A stretch of DNA of 64,000 bases from a virus (lineage: Duplodnaviria > Caudoviricetes). A program made the position numbers and the translations under genes. The stretch covers positions 192,001-256,000 of the IMG/VR virus record IMGVR_UViG_3300029305_005547; one strand, 5' to 3'. A model generated the notes under the pieces. It did no database searches. It had not been told where the DNA came from and saw only the letters and a program-made list of their open reading frames with translations. Positions 1 through 8,760 of the stretch are shown here, piece after piece (the first letter of the stretch is position 1; each line of letters starts with the position of its first letter).

Positions 1-356
1 TATTTATAAGTACCATTAAGTACTCTTTCGTTCAAACTTTCAAGTTTAATTCCTATCATTTTATTCAAATCTTCATCTGATATATAGCATATCATCTTAA
101 GATATTCTGTACAAATTAAAACATCCGCTAATTCTTCAGTTAAACCTAATTTATTTCCTTTACCACGAAGTTCTTTAGTAACTTCCTGAGTAAGTTCAGA
201 TAATTCCTCAGCTGTAATAATAAGCTGTTTATGACCCATAGGATTTCCATCTCCCATAGTAGAAATTATTGACTGCTGTAATATAGCAAATATCTGTTCT
301 TTACTATAAATTTTAGCAGGCTCTTTCATTTTCTGTTCTAAAATTTGTCTGTCCAT
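1..356 (-). CDS. MazG-like all-alpha NTP pyrophosphohydrolase (118 aa; stop codon cut by window edge)
   Basis: Not in the ORF track. Manual translation gives MDRQILEQK...IITAEELSELTQEVTKELRGKGNKLGLTEELADVLIC..., which has the EExxEL...EELADV pattern of MazG-like proteins. GGAAGG RBS upstream. Confidence 0.75.
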   Translation of the reverse strand, partial: MDRQILEQKMKEPAKIYSKEQIFAILQQSIISTMGDGNPMGHKQLIITAEELSELTQEVTKELRGKGNKLGLTEELADVLICTEYLKMICYISDEDLNKMIGIKLESLNERVLNGTYK

Positions 357-358
357 AT

Positions 359-529
359 TCAGTTTAATCCTTCCATATTTATTTTGCACATATATTTTTC
401 ACGAATTTCATATTCTAATTCATGAATCGATACATCTCCTATTAGAATTGATTCTACTAAAGATGTAGTAATTTGATTCATCATATTTTCGATAGCAGAC
501 ATTTTAGTGCTATCGGATTTATCACTCAA
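359..529 (-). CDS. small hypothetical protein (56 aa, TTG start)
   Basis: Manual translation MSDKSDSTKMSAIENMM...; GGAAAGGAAG RBS; stop abuts the MazG-like start. Confidence 0.45.
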   Translation of the reverse strand: MSDKSDSTKMSAIENMMNQITTSLVESILIGDVSIHELEYEIREKYMCKINMEGLN

Positions 530-597
530 ATCTACCACTTCCTTTCCAAAACGATTATGTTAATGTGAAATAGATAATGGTAGTTTAGATTAATACT

Positions 598-1425
598 TTA
601 TTCAATTATAGATAGATCTCTAACTTTTACATTATCAGAAATGATTGTTTCCCACGACATACAATCACGTGTTCTAGCAGCACCGCAATGGGAGCATGAG
701 TTATCAGCATCGTCATTCATACCTTCACAATACTTACATTCCCATTTACCCTTGGGTAGCATACCTATATTTATCTTTGTATAATCAATAAGTATTTCTT
801 TAATTCTACCCATGAAAATACTATCAAATCTTGGTCCAAATGGACTGGTGACAAAGAAATCAGAATGATTCTCTCTAAATTTCTTTCTAAGTATAGATTT
901 GATAGATTCTTGTATTTCCGTAAAATCAGGTTGGACTGTATGTACATCCATTAACATATAATCTACCACTATAATAATGCGAATGATTTTATTAGGTAAT
1001 ACTTTATAATGAGGTTCGGAATCGCAGTATCTAGGGTCAAAACGATATCGAGTGAAGTCTATACACCAATCATGATTATCCAAAATTCTTTCATGATAAA
1101 TAGCCTGATTTAAGAATGTATTTAATTCATTTTCTGAAAGTCTTCTAAGCATATACGGTTCTTCACATGTTGGTGCTAAAACTTTAATTAATGAATCAGT
1201 ATTTTTAACCTGATAAACTCCATTTACTACACTAAAACTATTATCTTTAAATAAAAGCATTATTGATTCTAGAGTATTTTCACAATACTTTTGCTCATCA
1301 AGTCTACTGTCTATATTTAAAGGTAACGGAATATCAAAAACTATATTGATATTACTATCATAATTATTTGACTGACCTACAGTAAATTTTTTATATTGAA
1401 TTTTTGAATTATTCATGAATATCAT
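598..1425 (-). CDS. hypothetical protein with C-terminal zinc ribbon
   Basis: WECKYC-x10-CSHCG, a RanBP2-like Zn-finger pattern. Confidence 0.7.
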   Translation of the reverse strand: MIFMNNSKIQYKKFTVGQSNNYDSNINIVFDIPLPLNIDSRLDEQKYCENTLESIMLLFKDNSFSVVNGVYQVKNTDSLIKVLAPTCEEPYMLRRLSENELNTFLNQAIYHERILDNHDWCIDFTRYRFDPRYCDSEPHYKVLPNKIIRIIIVVDYMLMDVHTVQPDFTEIQESIKSILRKKFRENHSDFFVTSPFGPRFDSIFMGRIKEILIDYTKINIGMLPKGKWECKYCEGMNDDADNSCSHCGAARTRDCMSWETIISDNVKVRDLSIIE

Positions 1426-1561
1426 CCTTTCATAATATCACTTATAGTTAATATAATAGGTGTTATAGCTAAACCTATGATAGAACCGCATAATGCATCA
1501 TAAACTATATACAAAACACAATCAAGTATGAAATGAAATATTTCATTCATGGATTTCATGT

Positions 1562-1936
1562 CTAGTTATCCTCCAATGGTATAACAGAATCAAGTGTATA
1601 AGGTATTTCAAGAAAATCGAGAAATGAACTAATTTCTTTGAAACTAGTACCAATACCATAACCTTCTGTAATAAATCTCATGCTAGTACCATCTGTTTTA
1701 AATACATGAGTTTCGTGTTCTTCTTCGATATCTCCTTTAACTACAATTCTAAGAGGCGCTTCAACAATGGATTCTCTTGCAGGTGCATAATAAGATGATT
1801 CCATCTGAGAAGTAGTTGTAGCAAATATATGTTGTTCAAGAGGGTTGTCTACATGGCTACTTTCACTTTCTGGTACTAAAAGTGTTGTAGATGTAGATTT
1901 TTCATTTGGATTAGTATCTGATATAATATCTAACAT
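1562..1936 (-). CDS. hypothetical protein (paralog of the adjacent ORF)
   Basis: GGGAG RBS; shares a GxGIGT...I...LD...Y C-terminus with 1948..2199. Confidence 0.7.
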   Translation of the reverse strand: MLDIISDTNPNEKSTSTTLLVPESESSHVDNPLEQHIFATTTSQMESSYYAPARESIVEAPLRIVVKGDIEEEHETHVFKTDGTSMRFITEGYGIGTSFKEISSFLDFLEIPYTLDSVIPLEDN

Positions 1937-1947
1937 AATTAATCTCC

Positions 1948-2199
1948 CTATATTTTGTATCGTGTTTCATTAGATTTATAACTTACATTGCATAGGTCTA
2001 AAACCCTCTTTATATCTTCAGGATCAGTTCCTATACCTGATCCTCTGTCGTATTCAAAATTGACAGATATCAGACCTCCTTCTCGTCTGATATCTGTTTT
2101 AGTTATTATTTTACCGCAACGAAGTTCATCTTCTATAGTGAGAACTATTTTTGTATCTCTTTGTGTATTTGAATTATTTTGATCGATCTTACTCGCCAT
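1948..2199 (-). CDS. hypothetical protein
   Basis: AGGAG RBS before ATG 2199; GSGIGT motif. Confidence 0.7.
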   Translation of the reverse strand: MASKIDQNNSNTQRDTKIVLTIEDELRCGKIITKTDIRREGGLISVNFEYDRGSGIGTDPEDIKRVLDLCNVSYKSNETRYKI

Positions 2200-2209
2200 A
2201 TATTTTCTC

Positions 2210-2410
2210 CTATTCATCTTCTTTTCTAATTGATCCTAGTCCTTTACATTTCCAACAAGGTCCATCAAGACTTCTATTATCTTTACCGGTACCACTACAT
2301 TCAGGACATTCTACATACGTACTAATTGTATCTCCACTAAAGTCTAAATTTCTAGAATATGTATCGATTCCACACTGCCAATCTATTCCACCCATTTTTA
2401 TGTCCTCCAT
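2210..2410 (-). CDS. small DnaJ-type zinc-finger protein
   Basis: Two CxxCxGxG repeats (CPECSGTG, CWKCKGLG). Confidence 0.65.
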   Translation of the reverse strand: MEDIKMGGIDWQCGIDTYSRNLDFSGDTISTYVECPECSGTGKDNRSLDGPCWKCKGLGSIRKEDE

Positions 2411-2412
2411 TG

Positions 2413-2589
2413 TTATAAATACTTTTCACCATCTGTTACTTTATAATCATTCACTTCTATTATACCACTAAGATCGGAATGATTAATACTCATATGTAGT
2501 TCATTAAGAGTATCAGCATTTACAATATCATATTTATCATCAATTCCAAATGCTGTATCAATCGTAGGTTGAATAATTACATTTGTCAT
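2413..2589 (-). CDS. small hypothetical protein (58 aa)
   Basis: Manual translation MTNVIIQPTIDTAFG...; GGAGG RBS; fills the gap in the operon. Confidence 0.6.
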   Translation of the reverse strand: MTNVIIQPTIDTAFGIDDKYDIVNADTLNELHMSINHSDLSGIIEVNDYKVTDGEKYL

Positions 2590-2601
2590 TATATAACCCT
2601 C

Positions 2602-3126
2602 CTATTCTTTTCCTTTAAAATATTCAATTGGTGTATCAGGAAAATAATCAATAAATAAATCTTTAAAATCCTGAAGATTTTCAATAACTCTATCTTCAAA
2701 ATCAGTATCATCAAAATTTCCAACTCTAAATTCAATCGAAACAAGTTGATCAAAACCATCAGTACGCCTGTTATTAACTCTAATAAGTTTAAAACCTATT
2801 GAGTTTGCTTGAATAAATTCATCGACATTACGTAATGAGTAAATATAATTAGAGCCTATATGTACATAAGGTTTGTTTATATCCATGGTATCATCTTTAG
2901 GGCATGAAACTTTAGTATCGAAATTTGTCGTCAAATTGTAAATCTTTCCATATACAATTTTTGCGCATGACTCACATAATTCAATGTCAACTAACTTCTT
3001 ATTTATGTTATCTCTCCACATACATCCAGCAGGTCTAAATTTATCACCGCATAATTTAAAAGTTGCTATTTGTGCTTCTGATATTTCTTTACCACATTTA
3101 TTACATGTTATTTTATATTCTCTCAT
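2602..3126 (-). CDS. hypothetical protein with N-terminal zinc ribbon
   Basis: CNKCG ... LCESC; AAGGAG RBS. Confidence 0.7.
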   Translation of the reverse strand: MREYKITCNKCGKEISEAQIATFKLCGDKFRPAGCMWRDNINKKLVDIELCESCAKIVYGKIYNLTTNFDTKVSCPKDDTMDINKPYVHIGSNYIYSLRNVDEFIQANSIGFKLIRVNNRRTDGFDQLVSIEFRVGNFDDTDFEDRVIENLQDFKDLFIDYFPDTPIEYFKGKE

Positions 3127-3127
3127 A

Positions 3128-3763
3128 TTATTCTCCTTGAAATCTTTCTAAAATATAATCTGGATCATTTAATACTTCTTCAGGGTCAAGACCTAAATCA
3201 TATAAATAATCACTTATTTCTTTTAGTGTATCCGTTGTATTATTATTTTTACAATGGTCAATAAAACCTTCAACCATTTTCTTTAATTCTGCAACATGAA
3301 TTACAAAATCAGAATCAACTGGATCGTCAGGTCTATCAATTTTACTGCCTGAAAATCCTTGTGACTCATAATATTCTTTACGAGTCATCATCATATTTTC
3401 ATTAGCAAATGCCTTTAATTCTACAGCTAATTCTTTTAATCGTTCTTTTTCAATTTCAGTACTCAAAGGTGATTTTTGCGTATCATATAACATCACTTTT
3501 CCTTCAAGACTTAATAATATAACATCCCCAAAAGCATCCAGTCCGATAGTACTTACTATACTTGACGGAACTTTGCAAATTCCATTATCTAATTCATCAA
3601 TACAAATAAGTTTACATCCTGTGATGAATTGATCTACGTTTTCTAAAGGATATCTGATTATACTTACATACTCAGTATTAAGTAAATCAAAAATTTCCTT
3701 AGATACGCCTATAGTTTTATCTTCCATAGATGTTTCTAAATCCATACATAATTTGATTTTCAT
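3128..3763 (-). CDS. stand-alone degenerate RNAP beta' double-psi beta-barrel-like protein
   Basis: VSIIRYP-x25-VPSSIVSTIGLDAFGD aligns without gaps to VVINRNP-x25-VPLSILPGLNADFDGD of the neighbouring beta' subunit. Start moved to ATG 3763 (AAAGGA RBS) because the track's start lies inside a terminator. Confidence 0.6.
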   Translation of the reverse strand: MKIKLCMDLETSMEDKTIGVSKEIFDLLNTEYVSIIRYPLENVDQFITGCKLICIDELDNGICKVPSSIVSTIGLDAFGDVILLSLEGKVMLYDTQKSPLSTEIEKERLKELAVELKAFANENMMMTRKEYYESQGFSGSKIDRPDDPVDSDFVIHVAELKKMVEGFIDHCKNNNTTDTLKEISDYLYDLGLDPEEVLNDPDYILERFQGE

Positions 3764-3794
3764 AGTATTTTTATTTCCTTTCATAAAAAGAAAA

Positions 3795-3822
3795 GTGTAG
3801 TGAGAAATAAATCTCACTACAC
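3795..3822 (-). terminator. intrinsic terminator after the RNAP beta' gene
   Basis: GTGTAGTGAGA/TCTCACTACAC stem followed by a U-run on the minus strand. Confidence 0.7.
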
Positions 3823-3831
3823 TCTCAAATT

Positions 3832-5250
3832 CTACATATGACAGAAATTAAATACGTCAATCTTCTGTCCTTTTGTTACAGCAAAATAATCGTTAAGCAA
3901 TCCTGAGTCACGTGATGTAATCATGTGTTTTACAGGATCAAACTTACGAAACATTTGTTTTACTGCTTCATCCATTATACCTATGATATTGAGGATGTCC
4001 CCGTCGAAATCGGCGTTTAATCCAGGCAATATCGATAGAGGTACTGCTAATGTATAACACTGACTATCAGGTACTACTCTTCTGATATTCATAAGAATAA
4101 TGGAATAATAATTTAGCGTCGGATTTCTGTTAATTACAACAGAAGGTTTCTCCACTTCAATAATAAGTTTCATGATTTCATAAATACGAGGATCAAAATT
4201 ATATCCTTGCTCCCAAATAGTATTAGCCTGAGCTAATGAAATATCATGAATCTTCATGAGGTAGTGAATGATCTTTAATTTAAACATTACATAGAAACAG
4301 CTATAACCCAAATCTACTTCGTTATCAAGTAAAGTAGGATCAGGTACGATTACATTACGTGCTGTGAAATTTAACGATCCACCAATGAGCTGATCACGAA
4401 TCAGTCCATCTTTAGTATTCAAGAGTTCAAAGTTAAACTCCCAAATCTTGTTGGCACGTGACTGAATTCTGTTAAGAATTACAGGTGTTTCGATTTCTTC
4501 AGAATCTCTTAAATTTCTTGCAAGATTCGTACAGGTATTTATATCCTTATCGATACCTGTGAAATAAAAGTTTTCTGAAGTTACTGACTGTTGTCTAAGT
4601 AATGTAGTGTAAACAGGAATATGTGACGTGAATACCTTAAGTCTTTCGTTCTTAAGCATATCAAACGTCTTAGCCTTATTGGGCTTCTTTTTCTTATAGA
4701 AATCTATGATTTCGTCATACCTCATTCGAAACTCTTCGATACCAATACCACAGAATGGGCTCTTAGGATCAAATTCCTTCATTTCTTCTTCCGTTAAATC
4801 AACACGTCTACCATCACGGTCTACACGTTTCTTTAAGAAGATGATCTCGGGAAATTCTTCTCTACCAATAGCTTGCTGAAGTAGTCTGTAATAATGAGGT
4901 GCAATGATTTTCTTATTACCAAGAGGAATCCATCCTGTCATCCTCGGATCTACATCTCTAAATTCAATTTTAGTACCACATTTAGGACAAATTTCATCCT
5001 CAAAAATAGTACCTTTAAATTCTCCACATTTACAACGGTAACGTTCCTGAAAACTTTGTTCATCAGAAAACGTGGTACCATAAAGAGGAGATTGAGGACC
5101 ATACAAAGCTTTCTTTCTTGATTCATCAATCTCTACCTCAGGTGGGTCTGTAATAAAAAACCCTCTTCCTGTAGAAATATCTGAGAAAGCACATGCGTCC
5201 CAATTGAGTCGTTCAACTTGAACTCTTCGTTTTCCCATTGTGTTAATCAC
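3832..5250 (-). CDS. phage multisubunit RNA polymerase, beta' N-terminal/catalytic subunit (probably non-virion RNAP)
   Basis: Zn-binding CKCG...CPKCG, ARNVIVPD, NRNPTL and catalytic NADFDGD. Confidence 0.95.
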   Translation of the reverse strand: MINTMGKRRVQVERLNWDACAFSDISTGRGFFITDPPEVEIDESRKKALYGPQSPLYGTTFSDEQSFQERYRCKCGEFKGTIFEDEICPKCGTKIEFRDVDPRMTGWIPLGNKKIIAPHYYRLLQQAIGREEFPEIIFLKKRVDRDGRRVDLTEEEMKEFDPKSPFCGIGIEEFRMRYDEIIDFYKKKKPNKAKTFDMLKNERLKVFTSHIPVYTTLLRQQSVTSENFYFTGIDKDINTCTNLARNLRDSEEIETPVILNRIQSRANKIWEFNFELLNTKDGLIRDQLIGGSLNFTARNVIVPDPTLLDNEVDLGYSCFYVMFKLKIIHYLMKIHDISLAQANTIWEQGYNFDPRIYEIMKLIIEVEKPSVVINRNPTLNYYSIILMNIRRVVPDSQCYTLAVPLSILPGLNADFDGDILNIIGIMDEAVKQMFRKFDPVKHMITSRDSGLLNDYFAVTKGQKIDVFNFCHM

Positions 5251-5260
5251 TCCTGTTCAT

Positions 5261-5596
5261 TTATTTTAATATTTTCACTTTATAGATTAAGCAAATAAAT
5301 CTTTCAATCCAACAACCTTTTGCTTTCATCCAATGTGTTGGAACAAAATATACAGCATTGCAAGAATCAAGTATTTTAATAGATTCTCCTAAATGCCATA
5401 ATCTACCAGCGTTGACTGGTACATTGTGATGGTGGTAATTATCGACAAATGTAATTTCGTATTCTTTACCATACTTAGCACGAACTTGATGCTTTGCATT
5501 GATACGAATTTGATGTACTTGATGCTCTGATAATCCACTCATCTTGTGACTTAAGAATACTCTAAGTCGTGGTTTTTGTTCATCAGTAATTTTCAT
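5261..5596 (-). CDS. DUF4406-like / nucleoside deoxyribosyltransferase-fold protein
   Basis: VFLSxxMSG, LWHLGESIKILDSCNAVYF and WxxAKGCxIE patterns. Confidence 0.65.
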   Translation of the reverse strand: MKITDEQKPRLRVFLSHKMSGLSEHQVHQIRINAKHQVRAKYGKEYEITFVDNYHHHNVPVNAGRLWHLGESIKILDSCNAVYFVPTHWMKAKGCWIERFICLIYKVKILK

Positions 5597-5629
5597 GTCA
5601 TAGGCTCCTTTCTGTAAACATACTAAAAA

Positions 5630-5637
5630 ATAATATA
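5630..5637 (-). promoter_or_regulatory. early-type phage promoter TATATTAT
   Basis: Recurrent motif at operon heads; resembles early promoter consensus reported for phiKZ/AR9-like phages. Confidence 0.65.
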
Positions 5638-5642
5638 TCTAC

Positions 5643-5895
5643 AAAAAAGAATTTTGGGTAAACAAAACCCAAAAATCCTTTAATGTCTAAATGGCGGAAC
5701 CACCGCCATTCAAACGTCTATACTCAAACAATTTTAACATACCATTTTCTAATCAAGTTTGGTATTACAAAAGACTTTAACATCTTTTGTAATTTGTTAA
5801 TAAACGTCATAAGTATACTTTCAAAAATATTTTGACTTTAAGATTACGTTTCCGGATAAATTAAATCCTAAAACATGTATATGTATTTAAATACA
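5643..5895 (-). ncRNA. candidate ~250-nt early non-coding RNA
   Basis: Bounded by TATATTAT (5901-5908) and a hairpin plus U-run terminator (5643-5674). Internal stems at 5685-5715 and 5764-5793; no ORF with an RBS. Confidence 0.5.
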
Positions 5896-5900
5896 TAAAA

Positions 5901-5908
5901 ATAATATA
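5901..5908 (-). promoter_or_regulatory. early-type promoter TATATTAT
   Basis: AAAATAAACGTATATTATT, identical to the copy at 9177-9184. Confidence 0.65.
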
Positions 5909-5959
5909 CGTTTATTTTTTGGAACTTTATTTTTCTTTTAGTTGTAAAAATCGCACAAA

Positions 5960-5972
5960 AACAATACTCTAA
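5960..5972 (+). promoter_or_regulatory. late-type promoter AACA-N6-TAA
   Basis: Upstream of the prohead protease; matches the AR9 nvRNAP consensus AACA-N6-TA. Confidence 0.65.
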
Positions 5973-6005
5973 ACAGATAAATTTAAAAGAAAGGTGGTTT
6001 AACCT

Positions 6006-6929
6006 ATGATGACTGCAACATCATCTAAAATTTTCTGTAATCAGAGTGCTGGAAATATTGGTCTTATGTATATTTCTGAACAGGTTTCTCCGTCAGATAA
6101 TACTATCTCCAATTTGAAATATAACGACAGTGCCAGTACGAGATATGCGGAATTCGATACGGTTTTACAAACCTTCAGATGTATAAATCGAAACGGTAGA
6201 AAATATTGGGGTCCCAATATTAATGATATGCTTAAGGCAGAGCGAATTGTAACCATGTTATCAACTAATAGTTGGTACGGTGAAATGGATCATCCATACG
6301 CTCTTCATAAAAACCAGGATTTATCTTCTGAAAGAATTCAAACAATTGAAATGTCCAGAAGATCTCATAAAATATTATGCCCTGAAGTTCATGGAGACAT
6401 TCTTAGAGCTAAGATTCAGACTGCATCTGGTACTGAAGCAGGTAGAGGTTTCTGTGATGAGATTATTCAAGGTCTCATTCCATCCTTTAGTTGTAGAGCA
6501 ATTGCTGGTATACAGATGATTGAAGGTGAACCTTATGTAATCGTAAGAAAACTTATAACTTACGACTGGGTTTTATATCCTTCTCATAAAGAGGCTAATA
6601 TGGATGGCAAACCTAAGTTTATCATGAAGTCTTCTGCTTTGGTATCTTTAGAATCTGCCGGAATTGACAGAGCTAGAGAAATTGAAGATATCAGAAACCA
6701 GTATACTCAGGATGTATTAATTCCTCTTAAGGAGATTCTGGAATATACAGGTATGAAAGATCCTAACACTCAGGTTATTTTGGAAGCATTTGATTTATCT
6801 CTTGATGATATTGTAGGATTTGACAATAATCTCAATCATGCAATTATTAGAGATGGTGATAACACAATCTATGCTAATATTTCTCCCAAAACAAAACATG
6901 AAGTTAGTAATTTCTTAAGTTCATTTTAA
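6006..6929 (+). CDS. prohead core protease (T4 gp21-like)
   Basis: NRNGRKY, GEMDHP, SHKI, PSFSCRA and TYDWVLYPSH motifs. Confidence 0.85.
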   Translation: MMTATSSKIFCNQSAGNIGLMYISEQVSPSDNTISNLKYNDSASTRYAEFDTVLQTFRCINRNGRKYWGPNINDMLKAERIVTMLSTNSWYGEMDHPYALHKNQDLSSERIQTIEMSRRSHKILCPEVHGDILRAKIQTASGTEAGRGFCDEIIQGLIPSFSCRAIAGIQMIEGEPYVIVRKLITYDWVLYPSHKEANMDGKPKFIMKSSALVSLESAGIDRAREIEDIRNQYTQDVLIPLKEILEYTGMKDPNTQVILEAFDLSLDDIVGFDNNLNHAIIRDGDNTIYANISPKTKHEVSNFLSSF

Positions 6930-6944
6930 AGGAGAAAGATAACT

Positions 6945-8267
6945 ATGTTTGGTAAAAAAGAATATATAAAAACTACTGCTAAAGACGGCAGTACAATTTA
7001 TACAACTAAAAAGCAGTTTGCAAAAGCTGCTGAAAGAGAAAGAATTCGTAGAGAAAATTTACCTACAGGAAGTCCTGACGGAACAGTTAGTGCTGAAGTT
7101 GGTAGATTAATGAATTTACTTGGCGACAAAGTTAAATATCTTAAACGTATCCAGATGGAGGCTTCTGATCCTAAAAAAAGACAGGAAAAAGGAACCCAGT
7201 TTAATGGACGTATGGATGATATGAAAACTACCAAAACCGATATTGACAAATGCGTTAAGGATTTATATTCCTTAGGTGTTAAAGTTAATAAAGACGCGTT
7301 AAAACGCGGTAAAGTTGTTTATGAAGGAGGACATGATATCATGTTGACTACTAACGAAATAAAATCTATGAAGCTCGATGTTTTTGAAGAGAACAGCAAG
7401 GGACTCATCAGTAATGAACTTAGAGATTATATGCTCACAGTTCTCGAGTCTGTTTCTGGTGAAATTGAAAGACTTAGAGTATTCAATGAAAAGGTAAATG
7501 AAAAGATTGATGCTCAGAGAGAAAGATTCAACCATTTCATTACTGAATCATTTAATGCAGGTCTCATTACTTCTACACAGTATGAAGTATTTGCAGAAAT
7601 GGCTAATGACAATTTCTTGTTTGATGTTGCTATGCCGGATCAGCTTCCTGGTTTAGTTTCCTCTTATCTTGAGGCCGCTAAGGAAAATGATGAAGTTAAG
7701 AAGGCAGAAATTAAGGCTAAGATCGATGAAGCAAATGAGATGAAAGCTCTTGAATCTGGTAACGATGTTGTAACTGAAGGAGCTGATTGTTCTATCGTTG
7801 AAAAGCTTGAATCTTTGAAGATCAAGTTATCTGATGAAGAGAAAGAGATGGCGGAGAAGTTCGACCAGCTTATTGCGGATGCAATGAATAAAGATGATAA
7901 AAAAGAAGAGCCCGCATCTGAAGAACCTGCAGAAGGTGAACCTGCTAAAGAAGAACCTGTAAAAGAAGGTGCTGAAGAGAAGGTTGAAGAACCTAAGGCA
8001 GATGAACCGGCTAAAGAAGATAAGGGTGGTAAAGGTGAAGAAGAACCTGTAACAGAAGAACCCGCCGGAGAAGAGCCTTCAGGTGAAGAGCCTATTGAAG
8101 AAGGCGTAGAAAATACTATTGTGTCAGGTTTTGACGCAGTTGTTTGTGAATCTTCTTTAACTGAAGACGAAGCAAATGATGTTATCAGTTTCATGACTGA
8201 AGCAGTTAATGATAACGTATACTCTGAAGACGATCTTGCAAGAGTTCGTAAAATGATAGGAGTTTAA
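6945..8267 (+). CDS. putative inner-head/scaffold protein
   Basis: Follows the protease; acidic EEP repeats; many hydrophobic-x-E-(S/A/G) sites. Confidence 0.6.
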   Translation: MFGKKEYIKTTAKDGSTIYTTKKQFAKAAERERIRRENLPTGSPDGTVSAEVGRLMNLLGDKVKYLKRIQMEASDPKKRQEKGTQFNGRMDDMKTTKTDIDKCVKDLYSLGVKVNKDALKRGKVVYEGGHDIMLTTNEIKSMKLDVFEENSKGLISNELRDYMLTVLESVSGEIERLRVFNEKVNEKIDAQRERFNHFITESFNAGLITSTQYEVFAEMANDNFLFDVAMPDQLPGLVSSYLEAAKENDEVKKAEIKAKIDEANEMKALESGNDVVTEGADCSIVEKLESLKIKLSDEEKEMAEKFDQLIADAMNKDDKKEEPASEEPAEGEPAKEEPVKEGAEEKVEEPKADEPAKEDKGGKGEEEPVTEEPAGEEPSGEEPIEEGVENTIVSGFDAVVCESSLTEDEANDVISFMTEAVNDNVYSEDDLARVRKMIGV

Positions 8268-8270
8268 TTT

Positions 8271-8320
8271 AAAAAAAAATAAGAGTAGTTGGGTAATCCA
8301 ACTACTCTTATCTTTATTTA
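8271..8320. terminator. bidirectional intrinsic terminator
   Basis: AAGAGTAGTTGG/CCAACTACTCTT between convergent genes. Confidence 0.8.
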
Positions 8321-8331
8321 TAATTGGTGAA

Positions 8332-8511
8332 TTATTCACCTTCTTTAACATCAGTGAGCTGATCTTCTGTCTTGCCGGAATTCTTTTTCTTGGTAACACC
8401 GTATGCTGTTGCAACAGCAGCACCAATACCGGTAAGTACACCTGCACCGATACCAACATTCTTCATTAATTCTTTTTTCTCTCTTTTAGCTTTTCTCTGG
8501 CTAGGTCTCAT
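8332..8511 (-). CDS. small single-pass membrane protein (59 aa)
   Basis: AAGGAGG RBS before ATG 8511; hydrophobic segment VGIGAGVLTGIGAAVATAYGV. Confidence 0.7.
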   Translation of the reverse strand: MRPSQRKAKREKKELMKNVGIGAGVLTGIGAAVATAYGVTKKKNSGKTEDQLTDVKEGE

Positions 8512-8524
8512 TGTTTTATCCTCC

Positions 8525-8719
8525 TTATTCTTCACTGGGCGTCGCATTTTCATCAAATGATTCATAGTAGCATTCACCGGTTTTTGTTTTACCGGTATCG
8601 CATACCATCTTCATTACCTGATAGAAAAGATACATAAAAATGCCAATAATAATATAGGTACCGCTGTTTCTTTTTACGTGATCAGCAACACGTTTAATAT
8701 TTTCAAAATATTTTCTCAT
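8525..8719 (-). CDS. small single-pass membrane protein
   Basis: AAGGAG RBS; YIIIGIFMYLFYQVM. Confidence 0.7.
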   Translation of the reverse strand: MRKYFENIKRVADHVKRNSGTYIIIGIFMYLFYQVMKMVCDTGKTKTGECYYESFDENATPSEE

Positions 8720-8760
8720 TTTGTAGATCTCCTTTTCGTTTTGTAAAGACAGTGAGGTTT

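Noticed and set aside
5685-5715. 31-nt palindrome resembling a CRISPR repeat
   Set aside because: Single copy with no spacers or cas genes; no CRISPR array seen anywhere in the window. Kept only as part of the sRNA candidate.
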